From Candidatus Eiseniibacteriota bacterium (GTDB taxonomy: Bacteria; Eisenbacteria; RBG-16-71-46): DNA of 64,000 nucleotides. Location of the stretch: contig CAVUWA010000002.1 of assembly GCA_963744995.1 (NCBI GenBank), forward strand, positions 160,001-224,000. Direction: 5' to 3'. Both the position numbers and the translations under genes were made by a program. Positions 10,032-19,586 of the stretch are shown one piece after another. Numbering within the stretch: position 1 is the stretch's first letter; each line of letters opens with the position of its first letter. A model generated the notes under the pieces. It ran no database searches. It saw only the letters and a list, made by a program, of their open reading frames with translations, and had not been told where the DNA came from.

Positions 10032-11198
10032 ATGCGCGCACGTTCGCTCACCCATCTTACGAACGGAGCCCTGCTCGCGGCGCTCGATCAGGCCGAAGCC
10101 CGTGACCGCGCCGGCACGGTCGAGCTGCTGGACTATCTCGCCGAGGTCGATCGTCGCAGGCTCTACGTTCCGGCCGGCTATCCCTCCATGTTCGTCTGGT
10201 GCGTGGACGCCCGGCGCTACTCGGAGTCCATGGCCGCCCGGCGCATCGCCGCGGCCCGCGCCGCACGCCGCTTTCCGGTGATCCGGGACATGCTCGCCGA
10301 CGGGCGGCTGCACCTGAGTGCGGTCGCGCTGCTGTCGAAGAAGCTCACCCCGCGCAACGCAGCTGAGCTGCTGGCGGCGGCGACCCACAGGAGCCGGCGG
10401 CAGATCGAAGGGCTGCTGGCCGAGCGCTTCCCGCAGGCCGAGGTGCCGACGCAGGTGCACCGCCTCACGGTGGCCAGTTCTTTACCGTCACCGGTGACGG
10501 TAAATTTCTGTGCGGGGGACGCGCAGCCCGAGGGTGCACCGGCGCGGGCTGCGGCGAGCCCAGCCGAGCGCCCGGCGGATGCGCCGATGCCGGTGACACC
10601 CGCTGCACCCGCGGCTGTGCCCGCGGCTGCACCCGCGCGGCAGGGGCGGGTCACGCCGCTCGCGCCACAGCGCTTCGGCGTTCAGTTCACGATGGACGAG
10701 GCGATGCACGCGGATCTCGTTCGCGCACAGGAGCTGCTGGGACCGCAGGCGGGCGAGGACCGGGTGCGCGAGATCTTCAGTCGCGCGCTGCGCGAGCTGG
10801 TGACGAAGCTCGAGAAGACCAGATTCGCGGCGACGTCCAGGCCGAACGCCGCCTCCGGGGCGCCCGGCGGGACTTCCAGCTCCCGCCACGTCCCCGCCGC
10901 CATCAGGCGCGAAGTCTGGGCGCGCGACCAGGGCCGCTGCACGTTCGTGGCGGCGAACGGCCGGCGCTGCGAGGCGCGCGGGAAGCTCGAGTTCGACCAC
11001 GTCGTCCCGGTCGCCAGGGGCGGCCGCACCACGGTCCAGAACCTGCGGCTGCTGTGCCGCGCGCACAATCAGTTCGAGGCCGGACAGATCTTCGGCGAGG
11101 GCTTCATGCACGAGATCCGGGAGCGCGCGCGGTGGGCGCTGGAAGTTCGAAGCGCACGCGCCGGGAGCGGCGCGTTCAGCGCTTCGCCACCGGGATGA
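10032..11198 (+). CDS. HNH endonuclease with DUF222-like N-terminal region
   Basis: C-terminal RHVPAAIRREVWARDQGRC...C...LEFDHVVPVARGG...NLRLLCRAHN; N-terminal 'LAEVDRRRLY...GYPSMF'; Ala/Pro linker. Confidence 0.9.
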   Translation: MRARSLTHLTNGALLAALDQAEARDRAGTVELLDYLAEVDRRRLYVPAGYPSMFVWCVDARRYSESMAARRIAAARAARRFPVIRDMLADGRLHLSAVALLSKKLTPRNAAELLAAATHRSRRQIEGLLAERFPQAEVPTQVHRLTVASSLPSPVTVNFCAGDAQPEGAPARAAASPAERPADAPMPVTPAAPAAVPAAAPARQGRVTPLAPQRFGVQFTMDEAMHADLVRAQELLGPQAGEDRVREIFSRALRELVTKLEKTRFAATSRPNAASGAPGGTSSSRHVPAAIRREVWARDQGRCTFVAANGRRCEARGKLEFDHVVPVARGGRTTVQNLRLLCRAHNQFEAGQIFGEGFMHEIRERARWALEVRSARAGSGAFSASPPG

Positions 11199-11580
11199 CC
11201 AGCTTGAGGCCACTCAGGGTCTCGGAGAACGCCATGACTTTGACGTCCACCAGCCCATGGCGCAGCGCGGCCGAACGCACCATGTCGCCCTTGATGTGCG
11301 ACATGCCTTTCGGCCAGATCGCCCAGATCATGCCGTTGCGCTTGATGCTGCTCTGAAGTTTGTCGAGTCGTGCAAGCGCCTTCGGCCCGTCGACGCCGAC
11401 GAGAATCATGTCGCTTTCTTTCCGGGCCCGGGACGTCGCGATGTCGTCGGTGCGCGTGCGCAGTTCCTTCAGAATCCAGGGGTCCGAAAGACTCAGGACG
11501 GCCACCCGCATGCCGGGCTTCACGCCGAGCTTGTCCAGGCGGCTGCGCTGCGAATAACCGGCTCGGGGAGCAGGGCTCAT
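11176..11580 (-). CDS. DUF3052-like hypothetical protein
   Basis: GYS...LDKLGVKPG...IWAIWPKG...GLVDVKVMAFSETLSGLKLV. Confidence 0.8.
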   Translation of the reverse strand: MSPAPRAGYSQRSRLDKLGVKPGMRVAVLSLSDPWILKELRTRTDDIATSRARKESDMILVGVDGPKALARLDKLQSSIKRNGMIWAIWPKGMSHIKGDMVRSAALRHGLVDVKVMAFSETLSGLKLVIPVAKR

Positions 11581-11631
11581 GATTCCACGCTCCTGAAAGC
11601 ACTCGCCAGGACGAGGCTCACGAAAGTGCGC

Positions 11632-12948
11632 TCAAGCGCCGAGTATTGCACGGCGCGCCTCTTTCGCAAGCTTTCCGGGCGTCACGCGGCCCAGTTTCAC
11701 ATCCGGCGCGCCCGTGAACATTCCGAGCGAGCGCAGCGCATCGCCGAGCCCCTGCAGCGCATAGCCGCGGTCCACCCGGCCCCAGGCCGCCGCAGGCGGG
11801 ACTTCGCCGCGTGCGAACCAGGGCTCGAAGTGCACGGCTTTGACTTCCAGACGCGCGCTCTGACGATTGGCCTTCACGTCGGCCCGCCCGATGAAGTGTC
11901 CGTCGGCCAGGATCGGCAGCACGTAGTAGCCATAGATGCGTTTCGGCTGCGGGACGTAGACCTCGATCCGGTAGTCGAAGCCGAAGAGCTTCGCAACACG
12001 CTCCCGATGCCACATGAACGAGTCGAACGGCGCCAGCAGCGTGATGCCGGAGGAGGCACGGCGCCGTCGTCCGGCGGCGGCGAGCGCCTCCAGGTCTTCG
12101 GCGAGGCACAGCCACCGCCCGCGATCGCCGCCGAGGGCGATCTCGACCACCTCGCCGCTCGCGAGCATCTCGCGCAGGGCGCGCTGCCGCCTCGGCCGGG
12201 GAATCCGGGGGAAGGTGAGATAGAGCCTGAGCTCGGCCTCCTGCGCGGCGCCCATGGCATGCAACGAAGTCCTGATATGCCAGCGCAGAAAAGCAGGCTC
12301 TTCCAGAGCGGCCGCCTGCAGCGCCTCCGGCATGAGACGCTCGGCCAGGTCGTAGCGCTTCTGAAAGTGTTTGCGTGAATGCACGATGAACCGGCCGGAG
12401 CGCCACAGATAGTCCAGCGCGTACGCGGCGGGCTTCCAGTTCCACCAGCCGCCGGTGGTGCCGGGAGCGTGCTCGAAGTCGGCCGTGCCCATCGGGCCGT
12501 TGTCGCGAACCGCGGTTTCGACGGCTGCGAGCGTCTTCTGGTTCTTCTTCGCCCAGCGTGCCCACGCGGGGTACGTGTGGCGCTCGATCATCGCGCGGCG
12601 CCAGGCCGGAAAGTGCGACGTTGGCACCAGACATGCGGCGTGCGCCCAGTACTCGAACAGCTCGCGACGCCGGTAGGCGAGGCGGTCCAGCGCCGCCCGG
12701 TTGTAGAGATCGAACCGGCTCCAGACCGTCAGGTAGTGCGCGCGATCGATCACGTTGATCGAGTCGAGCTGCAGGCCGCCGGCATCTTCGACGAACGCGA
12801 GCAGACGCCTGGACGAGAAGCGCCGCCCGCGCGGGCGGGTGAGGTGCTGGCGCTCGAGGAACAGCGCGGCGGCGGCACGCCGCGTGAACGTGGGTGTGAC
12901 GGAGCGGGGCGCCGGGGCCGGGCGTCGTGGCCTCGCCGCCAGGGTCAC
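11632..12948 (-). CDS. ycaQ: YcaQ/AlkZ-like winged-helix DNA glycosylase (crosslink repair)
   Basis: LQLDSINVIDRAHYL (QxD motif), LFEYWAHAAC, LLAPFDSFMW, FGFDYRIEVYVP..KRIYGYYVLP; GTG start overlaps the glcF stop (GTGA). Confidence 0.88.
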   Translation of the reverse strand: MTLAARPRRPAPAPRSVTPTFTRRAAAALFLERQHLTRPRGRRFSSRRLLAFVEDAGGLQLDSINVIDRAHYLTVWSRFDLYNRAALDRLAYRRRELFEYWAHAACLVPTSHFPAWRRAMIERHTYPAWARWAKKNQKTLAAVETAVRDNGPMGTADFEHAPGTTGGWWNWKPAAYALDYLWRSGRFIVHSRKHFQKRYDLAERLMPEALQAAALEEPAFLRWHIRTSLHAMGAAQEAELRLYLTFPRIPRPRRQRALREMLASGEVVEIALGGDRGRWLCLAEDLEALAAAGRRRRASSGITLLAPFDSFMWHRERVAKLFGFDYRIEVYVPQPKRIYGYYVLPILADGHFIGRADVKANRQSARLEVKAVHFEPWFARGEVPPAAAWGRVDRGYALQGLGDALRSLGMFTGAPDVKLGRVTPGKLAKEARRAILGA

Positions 12949-14351
12949 CGCGCGGGCCACGCGCGGGCGATCACGTCGGCCAGATGCTCGATCGGCGCGC
13001 GCATGCCGCGCGCCCGCGCGCCGCGTGACATGTGCATGGCGCAGCCGGGGTTGGACGCGACGACCACGTCCGGGTGCACGGCCTCGATCGACTCCAGCTT
13101 GTGCTGCAATTGCGCTTCGGCCATGTCGGGCTGTGTCAGGTTGTAGATGCCCGCGCTGCCGCAGCAATGGTCCGAATTCGGAAGATCGACGAGCTCGACG
13201 CCCGGCAGCGAGGCGAGCAGGCGCCTCGGTGCGGCGCGAACTCGCTGTGCGTGCGCCAGATGACATGGATCGTGATAGCCCACGCGCAGCGCCTGCGCAC
13301 CGTCGCGCGGCGAGCGCAGCGGCGCCGCCGGTTCCGGCAGGCCGACACGCTCCAGCGCCTCGGCGAAATCCAGGACCTGCGAGGAGAACGCAGCGGCAGC
13401 GGCCGCATCCGGAACATCGTGCAGCAGATGCCCGGCATCCCGCAGTGCGGCGCCGCAGCCGGCCGAATGCGTGACGACGGCGTCGCACTCGAAGCGTCCG
13501 AATTGCGCGATGTTCGCCCGCGCGAGCGTCCTGGCTTCGCGTCTGAGGCCGGAGTGTGCGTGCAGCGCGCCGCAGCAGGTCTGCCCCTTCGGCACGATCA
13601 CCCGGGCGCCGGCGATCACCAGCAGCCGGATCGCGTTGCGCGTCGTGGAAGGCTGCATCACGTCCATGACGCAGGTCGTGAAGAACGCGAAGCGCGCCCG
13701 GGCAGTGCCCGCCGGATGGAACACCAGCGCGTCGGCGCGATCTTCGAAGCGCGCTCCGTGGGGCAGGTCGCGCGCCGCGCGCGCCGGGTCGCGTTCCCGC
13801 CTCGGCGGAACGGGCGGCGTCATGTCCCATCCCTGCAGGGCAAAGCGCGGCAACAGGCGCCGCGCGAGGCCGGACTTCATGAACGCGGCGATCGGCGCGC
13901 TCTGCCCGAGGCGCAGCAGATCGCCGGCGAGATGCATTCTCGAGCGATGCGGAAACACGTCGCGCAGCATCCACTCACCGAGCAGCCTGAGCGGCGTGCC
14001 GCGCCGCACGCGGCGGTGGAGCTGCCCGCGCGTCGCTTCGAGCATGCGGCTGTACGGAACTCCCGCCGGACACACGGTTTCGCAGGCGCGGCAGTCCAGA
14101 CAGAGATCCAGATGTCCGACCAGCGGATCCGAAGGCTGGATCCGGCCCTCGGCGAGGCCGCGCATCAGGTAGATGCGGCCGCGCGGCGAGTCCGGCTCCT
14201 GTTTGAGTTCACGGTACGTGGGGCACGCCGTCAGGCACAGGCCGCAGTGGATGCAGGTATGGAGGTCCGGAAGCGCCGGGGCATCCTCGGCGTCGAACCA
14301 CGATGGCGCGTGCGACGTCTGTACGGGGTTCACGGTCACGCAGCATAGCAT
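12945..14351 (-). CDS. glcF: Glycolate oxidase iron-sulfur subunit (GlcF-like Fe-S oxidoreductase)
   Basis: CIHCGLCLTACP, SPRGRI, CLDCRACETVCP, two CCG domains, YHDPCHL; start uncertain (14351 ATG or 14333 GTG). Confidence 0.88.
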   Translation of the reverse strand: MLCCVTVNPVQTSHAPSWFDAEDAPALPDLHTCIHCGLCLTACPTYRELKQEPDSPRGRIYLMRGLAEGRIQPSDPLVGHLDLCLDCRACETVCPAGVPYSRMLEATRGQLHRRVRRGTPLRLLGEWMLRDVFPHRSRMHLAGDLLRLGQSAPIAAFMKSGLARRLLPRFALQGWDMTPPVPPRRERDPARAARDLPHGARFEDRADALVFHPAGTARARFAFFTTCVMDVMQPSTTRNAIRLLVIAGARVIVPKGQTCCGALHAHSGLRREARTLARANIAQFGRFECDAVVTHSAGCGAALRDAGHLLHDVPDAAAAAAFSSQVLDFAEALERVGLPEPAAPLRSPRDGAQALRVGYHDPCHLAHAQRVRAAPRRLLASLPGVELVDLPNSDHCCGSAGIYNLTQPDMAEAQLQHKLESIEAVHPDVVVASNPGCAMHMSRGARARGMRAPIEHLADVIARAWPAR

Positions 14352-14649
14352 CGGCTCGCGTTGGTCGCGGAGCAGGCCGCGGGCACGTGCCACGGGTGGC
14401 CGGGGCGCCCGAGACCGATGCATGGTGCCGGGCACGAGCGAAATACCGGTCGTCCCGGTCCAGCACGTGCACGATGGGCTCAGGAGACCTGCACGCCGTC
14501 GACGACTTCGGTTGCGAGATCCACCGCGACTGGATCCGTGCCGTTCCCGGCGCATCGGTGGAGCGTCTGTGCGACAGGTTCCATCCGGTCGCGCACGGGC
14601 GTGGGGGTGCCGGAGCCGGAGCGGGTAGAGCGCGGGGCGGCGCGCCGGT

Positions 14650-15546
14650 TCACGGCACCGAAAGGTCCATCCCGCTCGTCAGGAACACCAGCGCGTCCGG
14701 AAACCGCAGCCCCCACGAACGCGGCGTGTGATCCTGATCCCTGCCGATGACGAGCAGCAGATTCTGGCCGTCCACGAAGCCCTGCTGCAGGGCGACGTCG
14801 TGCATGCGCAACGCCTGGAAGAGGTTGTCGTAGCCGTCTCCCGAGTCGAGATAGAGACGGCTGAGCTCCGGGCGCCGGCTCTCGACGAAATTCCAGAACG
14901 CCCGGCCGCTCCAGCCATAGCTGCCGGAGAAGCCGCCGATGCGACCGAACACGTGATCGTACCGATAGCCCGCGTAGACGGAGATCAGTCCACCCAGCGA
15001 CGACCCGGCGATCATCGTGTGATCCGGATCGGTCAACGTGGGGAAATAGCGGTCGATGGCCGGCTTCAGGTGATCGATGATCGCCCGCACGTACTCGTCA
15101 CCGCCGCCTTCGGCTCCCGAGCCGTAGTCATACGGGAACGGCGTGTACTCGTGAAGTCGATCCGCGCTCTTGATCGCGACGACGAGTAACGGCGGGACCA
15201 GGCCCCCGCTGATCAGGCTGTCGAGCGAGGTCTCGAGGTGCCACGTCGAGCCGCCGGGGGGATCCGGCCCCCACAATTCCTGGCCGTCGTGCATGTAGAG
15301 CACCGGATAGCGACCGTGCGCCGGCGCGTAGCCGGGCGGCAGATAGACCCAGCAGGTGCGGCCGTCGAGGAAATCGGGCACGTGGATTTCGCGCAGGCGT
15401 GAGGACTGGGGCAGCGCGCTGCCGCCCGCGCCGACGAGGATCGGCTCGAACAGGCGCGGCTTGCCGCTCGAGCAGCCGACCGCCGTCACGAGGAGCAGGG
15501 CGGCCAGCGCCAGGCGCAAACTCGAACTCGACAGGGTTCTTCGCAC
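14650..15546 (-). CDS. Alpha/beta-hydrolase, putative esterase (lipoprotein)
   Basis: Lipobox AVG-C; VYLPPGY, YPVLYMHDGQ, nucleophile elbow GSSLGG, C-terminal catalytic His (DHTPRSW). Confidence 0.88.
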   Translation of the reverse strand: MRRTLSSSSLRLALAALLLVTAVGCSSGKPRLFEPILVGAGGSALPQSSRLREIHVPDFLDGRTCWVYLPPGYAPAHGRYPVLYMHDGQELWGPDPPGGSTWHLETSLDSLISGGLVPPLLVVAIKSADRLHEYTPFPYDYGSGAEGGGDEYVRAIIDHLKPAIDRYFPTLTDPDHTMIAGSSLGGLISVYAGYRYDHVFGRIGGFSGSYGWSGRAFWNFVESRRPELSRLYLDSGDGYDNLFQALRMHDVALQQGFVDGQNLLLVIGRDQDHTPRSWGLRFPDALVFLTSGMDLSVP

Positions 15547-15666
15547 GGCGCATTCCTGAACGGGTATGCCCGGATGACTGCTACAGTCATGCCGAACCGG
15601 GTGCGAAGAGCTTACGCCGGTGACGGGGCGCGCTCAATGGGAGCAGATCGCTCGAATGTGGAGGCC

Positions 15667-16269
15667 GTGGTGCGACGGTATGCGATGGGAGTGGGCCTGG
15701 TGCTGTGCGCCGCGCTGGCGGCGCCCGTTCACGCCGCCGAGTGGAGCCTCGGGGCGACGGGCGGCTTCAACTACTACGCAACGAGCGAAGGCGGTCGGCA
15801 GAGCTTCGGCACCGGACTGCCGTTTGCCGGACCTTCGCTGGAGTTCCAGCCCGCGCTGCGCCTGGAAGCGCGGGGCCGGCGATCACGGCACGCCTTTGCC
15901 GTCGACTTCGGGCTCGGTTTCCAGGGTCTCGAGGCCACGTTCGCGACGCGCAGCGCCGTCGCGGTGGGCAGTCTGCTCCACGCATTTGGGGAGGGTCGTG
16001 GTGTCGCGGCGTTCGCGAGCCTCGAAGGCGGGGTCGGCTATTTCAGCTACGAGGATCTCACCCGCATCGGCCCCGGGCGCGTGAGCGGCGCGAGTGCGCT
16101 CTACGGCGGCGGACTCGGCCTGTTCCACCGCATGAAGAACGGTCACGGCCGGGTTCGCTTCGAGCTCCGCTACCTGCGCGTCGGCGGCGCCACCGACCAC
16201 GGCCTGGTCATCGTTCCGCGCGGCCATTCGGCCGGCGCGCTGGCGGGGTTCGATCTGCTTCTGAACTAG
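15667..16269 (+). CDS. Small outer-membrane beta-barrel protein
   Basis: GTG after GGAGG; signal peptide ending VHA; amphipathic beta-strands ('YGGGLGLF', 'RVRFELRY', C-terminal 'AGFDLLLN'). Confidence 0.7.
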   Translation: MVRRYAMGVGLVLCAALAAPVHAAEWSLGATGGFNYYATSEGGRQSFGTGLPFAGPSLEFQPALRLEARGRRSRHAFAVDFGLGFQGLEATFATRSAVAVGSLLHAFGEGRGVAAFASLEGGVGYFSYEDLTRIGPGRVSGASALYGGGLGLFHRMKNGHGRVRFELRYLRVGGATDHGLVIVPRGHSAGALAGFDLLLN

Positions 16270-16315
16270 GGATCCGGTCGCCGGCGGATTCGAGACCGGG
16301 GGCATGTGAGCGTTT

Positions 16316-17341
16316 CTACGGCACCAGCACGACCTTCCCGAAGTGCTGCCGCGCCTCGATGCGCTCGTGCGCACGAGGCGCGTCTTTCAGCGGCACGACC
16401 GAGTCCACCACGGGTTTCAGCTCGCCCGTGCGCACGAACTTCAGCGCCTCCACGAGATCCGCGGCGCGACCCATCCACGAGCCCAGCAGCGTGAGGTGGC
16501 GGCCGAACAGCAGGTTCAGGTCGAGCGCAACCTTTGCGCCTGCGGTTGCGCCGCAGGTGACGAGTCTTCCGTTGCGGGTGAGGCCTTTCACAGCCTGCTC
16601 GAACACCGGGCCGCCGACGTGCTCGAATACCACGTCCACCCCCTTCTTCCCGGTCAGCCGCCGCGCCTCGGCGCCGACGTCGGCCGCATCGTGCCGGATC
16701 GTCTCGTGCGCGCCGAGCGCACGGGCACGCTCGAGCTTCGCGTCGCTGCCGGCGGTGGCGATCACCCGCGCGCCGTGCAGCCGCGCGATCTGGATCGCCG
16801 CGCTGCCGACGCCGCTGCCCGCACCGATCACCAGCACGTCCTCGCCGGGGCGCACGTTCGCGCGGGTGACGAGCATGTGCCAGGCGGTGAGGAACACGAG
16901 CGGCACCGCCGCGGCCTCCTCCCACGACAGGTTCCCGGGGAACGGCAGGCAGTTCCTGCCCGGCACCGCGACCTGCTCGGCGTAGCCGCCGTTGCGCCGC
17001 CGGCCGAGGACGTCGTAGTCGCGGCACAGGTGGTCGTCGCCCGCGCGGCACGCGTCGCAGGTCCCGCACGAGAGCGTCGGATTGATCAGCACCCGGTCGC
17101 CCGTATTCACGTGCCGCACCGTGCTGCCGACTTCCGCCGCGATGCCGACGACGTCGTTGCCGAGCACGTGCGGCATCGCGACGTCGAGTCCGAGCCCGGA
17201 TCGCACCCAGAGATCCAGATGATTGATGCCGCAGGCCTTCACCTGAACACGCACCTCGTCGGGTGCAATGACGGGGTCCGGCACCTCGCGGAGTTCGAGG
17301 ACTTCGGGGCCGCCGTGATTCTCGAAGACGACGGCCTTCAA
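16316..17341 (-). CDS. Zinc-binding alcohol dehydrogenase / MDR family oxidoreductase
   Basis: Structural Zn site CGTCDAC...C; GAGSGVG; CGAT; GKVVL; catalytic-Zn ligands altered (INHLD, GND), quinone-reductase-like. Confidence 0.9.
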   Translation of the reverse strand: MKAVVFENHGGPEVLELREVPDPVIAPDEVRVQVKACGINHLDLWVRSGLGLDVAMPHVLGNDVVGIAAEVGSTVRHVNTGDRVLINPTLSCGTCDACRAGDDHLCRDYDVLGRRRNGGYAEQVAVPGRNCLPFPGNLSWEEAAAVPLVFLTAWHMLVTRANVRPGEDVLVIGAGSGVGSAAIQIARLHGARVIATAGSDAKLERARALGAHETIRHDAADVGAEARRLTGKKGVDVVFEHVGGPVFEQAVKGLTRNGRLVTCGATAGAKVALDLNLLFGRHLTLLGSWMGRAADLVEALKFVRTGELKPVVDSVVPLKDAPRAHERIEARQHFGKVVLVP

Positions 17342-17365
17342 GGGACGAGCCTCCGAACCCGCCGG

Positions 17366-18229
17366 CTACTCATCGAACAGCACCGTGGGTTCTTCGTAGT
17401 AGCGGACTTCCCGCTTCTCCCATTTCGCCGCCAGCACCCCGGCGAGCCACTCGTTCTTCGCTTCCAGCGAAACGCTCGTGTCGGTCATGCGGGCGACCGG
17501 CACGTTGATGCGCAGCGCGCGCCAGCGGATCAGGTGGCGGGTGACGCCGGCCGGCAGCTTCGCCCCGTTTTCGGCCAGCTCCAGGACCTCTGCCGGCATC
17601 AGCTTCGGGAACACCACCAGCACGGTGGCGTCCGGGTGCCGTTCCTTCGCGACCTCGATCGAATCGGTGGACATGCGGTAGAAGCGATGCCGCTCCCGAT
17701 AGACGTCGACGATGGCGTTCAGGAGATCGTTGTGTTCATCGAGCGTCGTGCCGCCCGCGAGCGTCACCAGCCGCCCGTCTTCGAGGCACGCATAGGCGAG
17801 GATCTCGCGCCGCGCGAGCTGCGCCTGTGCGTGGAGCTTCTGCTCCTCCGCGAGCCGCAGCCCGGGCACGGCCGCGCACGCCTCGAGGAAGGCATCGGGC
17901 GGCGTTTCGCTGAGCGCGTGATCCCAGGTCCACAGCTGCACCCACGGATCCTCGTAGCGTGCGACCTGCACCACGAGGTGCGGGAAGCCGGCGGCGCGCG
18001 CCGCGGTGCAGCGGTTCGCGCCATCCAGCACCATGTAGCGCGGGGAGCCGTCCGGGGCGTCGGTAAGCGGCGTCACGATCGGCGGATTCTTGAGCACCGA
18101 GTGTTCGCGCAGCTGCCGCACCAGCGGTTCCATGCGCTGCGAATCGTGGCGTTCGTGCGGAACCAGCGAGTCCACCGATACGAAGCGCAGATCGGGAAGG
18201 CGGAAGTCGTCGGGACGGGCGAAGCGCAT
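17366..18229 (-). CDS. ParB/Srx-fold protein resembling SbnI free L-serine kinase
   Basis: N-terminal PHE...PPIV...YMVLDGANR ParB/Srx motif; C-terminal LPAGVTRH...RALRINVP and RYYEEPTVLFDE resemble the SbnI C-terminus as recalled. Confidence 0.7.
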   Translation of the reverse strand: MRFARPDDFRLPDLRFVSVDSLVPHERHDSQRMEPLVRQLREHSVLKNPPIVTPLTDAPDGSPRYMVLDGANRCTAARAAGFPHLVVQVARYEDPWVQLWTWDHALSETPPDAFLEACAAVPGLRLAEEQKLHAQAQLARREILAYACLEDGRLVTLAGGTTLDEHNDLLNAIVDVYRERHRFYRMSTDSIEVAKERHPDATVLVVFPKLMPAEVLELAENGAKLPAGVTRHLIRWRALRINVPVARMTDTSVSLEAKNEWLAGVLAAKWEKREVRYYEEPTVLFDE

Positions 18230-18294
18230 GGGGCGACGTTACTCCAACGGGACGCGGTTTCTCCAAACGCGAGCGTGCGGACGAAGCCGGCAGC

Positions 18295-18963
18295 CTACTT
18301 GAACGACACGATGTCTTCGAGCGGCTTGCGCCGGATGTCCGGCACCTGCGCGCCGGCGGCGGGGTAGCCGGTGACGAGCAGGATGAACGCACGTTCGTTC
18401 CCGGGGCGGCCGCAGATGTCGTTGAGAAAGCCCATGGGGCTCGGGGTATGGGTGAGCGTGGCGAGCCCCGCGTGGTGGAGCGCCGCGATCAGCATGCCGG
18501 TGGCGATGCCGGCGGACTCCTGCGCGTAGTAGTGTTTCACCTTCGTGCCCTCCGGGGTTTCGCCCCAGAGCTGCACGAAGCAGACGATGAGATACGGCGC
18601 GATCTCGAGGAACGGCTTGCGCGGGTCGGTGCCGAGCGGCGCGAGCGCCGCAAGCCACTCGGCCGGCGCGCGGTGCTCGTAGAAGTCGCGCTCTTCGGTT
18701 TCGGCCGCTTCGCGAATACGCTTCTTCACCGCCGGGTCCGAGACCACGCAGAAGTGCCAGGGCTGCAGGTTCGCGCCGCTGGGCGCGGAGCCGGCCGCGC
18801 GTACGCACTGCTCGATCACCTCGCGCGGCACGCCACGTGGCGAATAGTCGCGCACGGTGCGCCGGCGCTGCAGCTCGTCGGCGAACTCGTGCGCGCGGCG
18901 CTTCATCTCGTCGAGCGGGAACTCCCGGTAGCCGGGCAGCGGCACGAAGCGCGGGGCGTCCAC
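18295..18963 (-). CDS. Iodotyrosine deiodinase-like nitroreductase-superfamily flavoprotein
   Basis: [53 protein letters not shown] - IYD subgroup signatures. Confidence 0.9.
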   Translation of the reverse strand: MDAPRFVPLPGYREFPLDEMKRRAHEFADELQRRRTVRDYSPRGVPREVIEQCVRAAGSAPSGANLQPWHFCVVSDPAVKKRIREAAETEERDFYEHRAPAEWLAALAPLGTDPRKPFLEIAPYLIVCFVQLWGETPEGTKVKHYYAQESAGIATGMLIAALHHAGLATLTHTPSPMGFLNDICGRPGNERAFILLVTGYPAAGAQVPDIRRKPLEDIVSFK

Positions 18964-18966
18964 CGA

Positions 18967-19572
18967 TCAGGTGCCCGTGTCCGGTTGCGAGTCGTCTTCC
19001 TCGAGCGGCTCTTCGAGCGCCGGGCCGCTGCCGATGACCGCAGTGGCACGGATCTCGACCCGGCAGCGCGGATCGGCGAGCGCGGTCACCCCGACCGCGG
19101 TCCACGCCGGATAGCCTTCGGTGAAGAACTCGCGCTTCACGGCCGCGAACGCTTCGAGGTCGCGCATGTCGGTGTGATAGGTGACCAGCTCGACCACGTC
19201 GCTCAGCGAACCGCCGGCTTCGGCGATGACGTCCTCCAGGTGGCGGAACGCCAGGCGCGCCTGCGCCTCCAGGCTGTCCGGCACCTCGCCGGTCTCGGGA
19301 TCGTAGCCGACCTGCCCCGACACCCAGATCGTGCGCCCGGAGCGGACGCCCTGGGAGTACTGCCAATTGCGATAGACGTCTTCGGTGCCAGGCGGGTTGA
19401 TGAGCTCCTTCTGCAGCTCGTCGACGACCTGGCCCGCGTCATCGGCCGCGCGCGGGGTGCAGCCGAACAGCAGGAGCATCGCGGCCAGCGGCAGCAGGGC
19501 GTGCAGCCGGAATGCCGGCCGTGCCGGCCGGCCGGCGCACGGCGCGATCGCGACAGGGCGGCCGATGCGCAT
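18967..19572 (-). CDS. RidA/YjgF-family protein with N-terminal lipoprotein signal
   Basis: LLLFG-C lipobox; YSQGVR...VSGQVG, YPAWTAVGVTALADP..RVEI. Confidence 0.8.
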   Translation of the reverse strand: MRIGRPVAIAPCAGRPARPAFRLHALLPLAAMLLLFGCTPRAADDAGQVVDELQKELINPPGTEDVYRNWQYSQGVRSGRTIWVSGQVGYDPETGEVPDSLEAQARLAFRHLEDVIAEAGGSLSDVVELVTYHTDMRDLEAFAAVKREFFTEGYPAWTAVGVTALADPRCRVEIRATAVIGSGPALEEPLEEDDSQPDTGT

Positions 19573-19586
19573 CGTCGATCTCGGCG

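Noticed and set aside
11632..13974. 780-aa ORF suggesting a long N-terminal extension on YcaQ
   Set aside because: The extension is an alternate frame inside glcF; the real start is the GTGA overlap at 12948
14352..14649. About 300-nt gap upstream of glcF as ncRNA or small gene
   Set aside because: No convincing ORF, RBS or known RNA motif could be identified by eye
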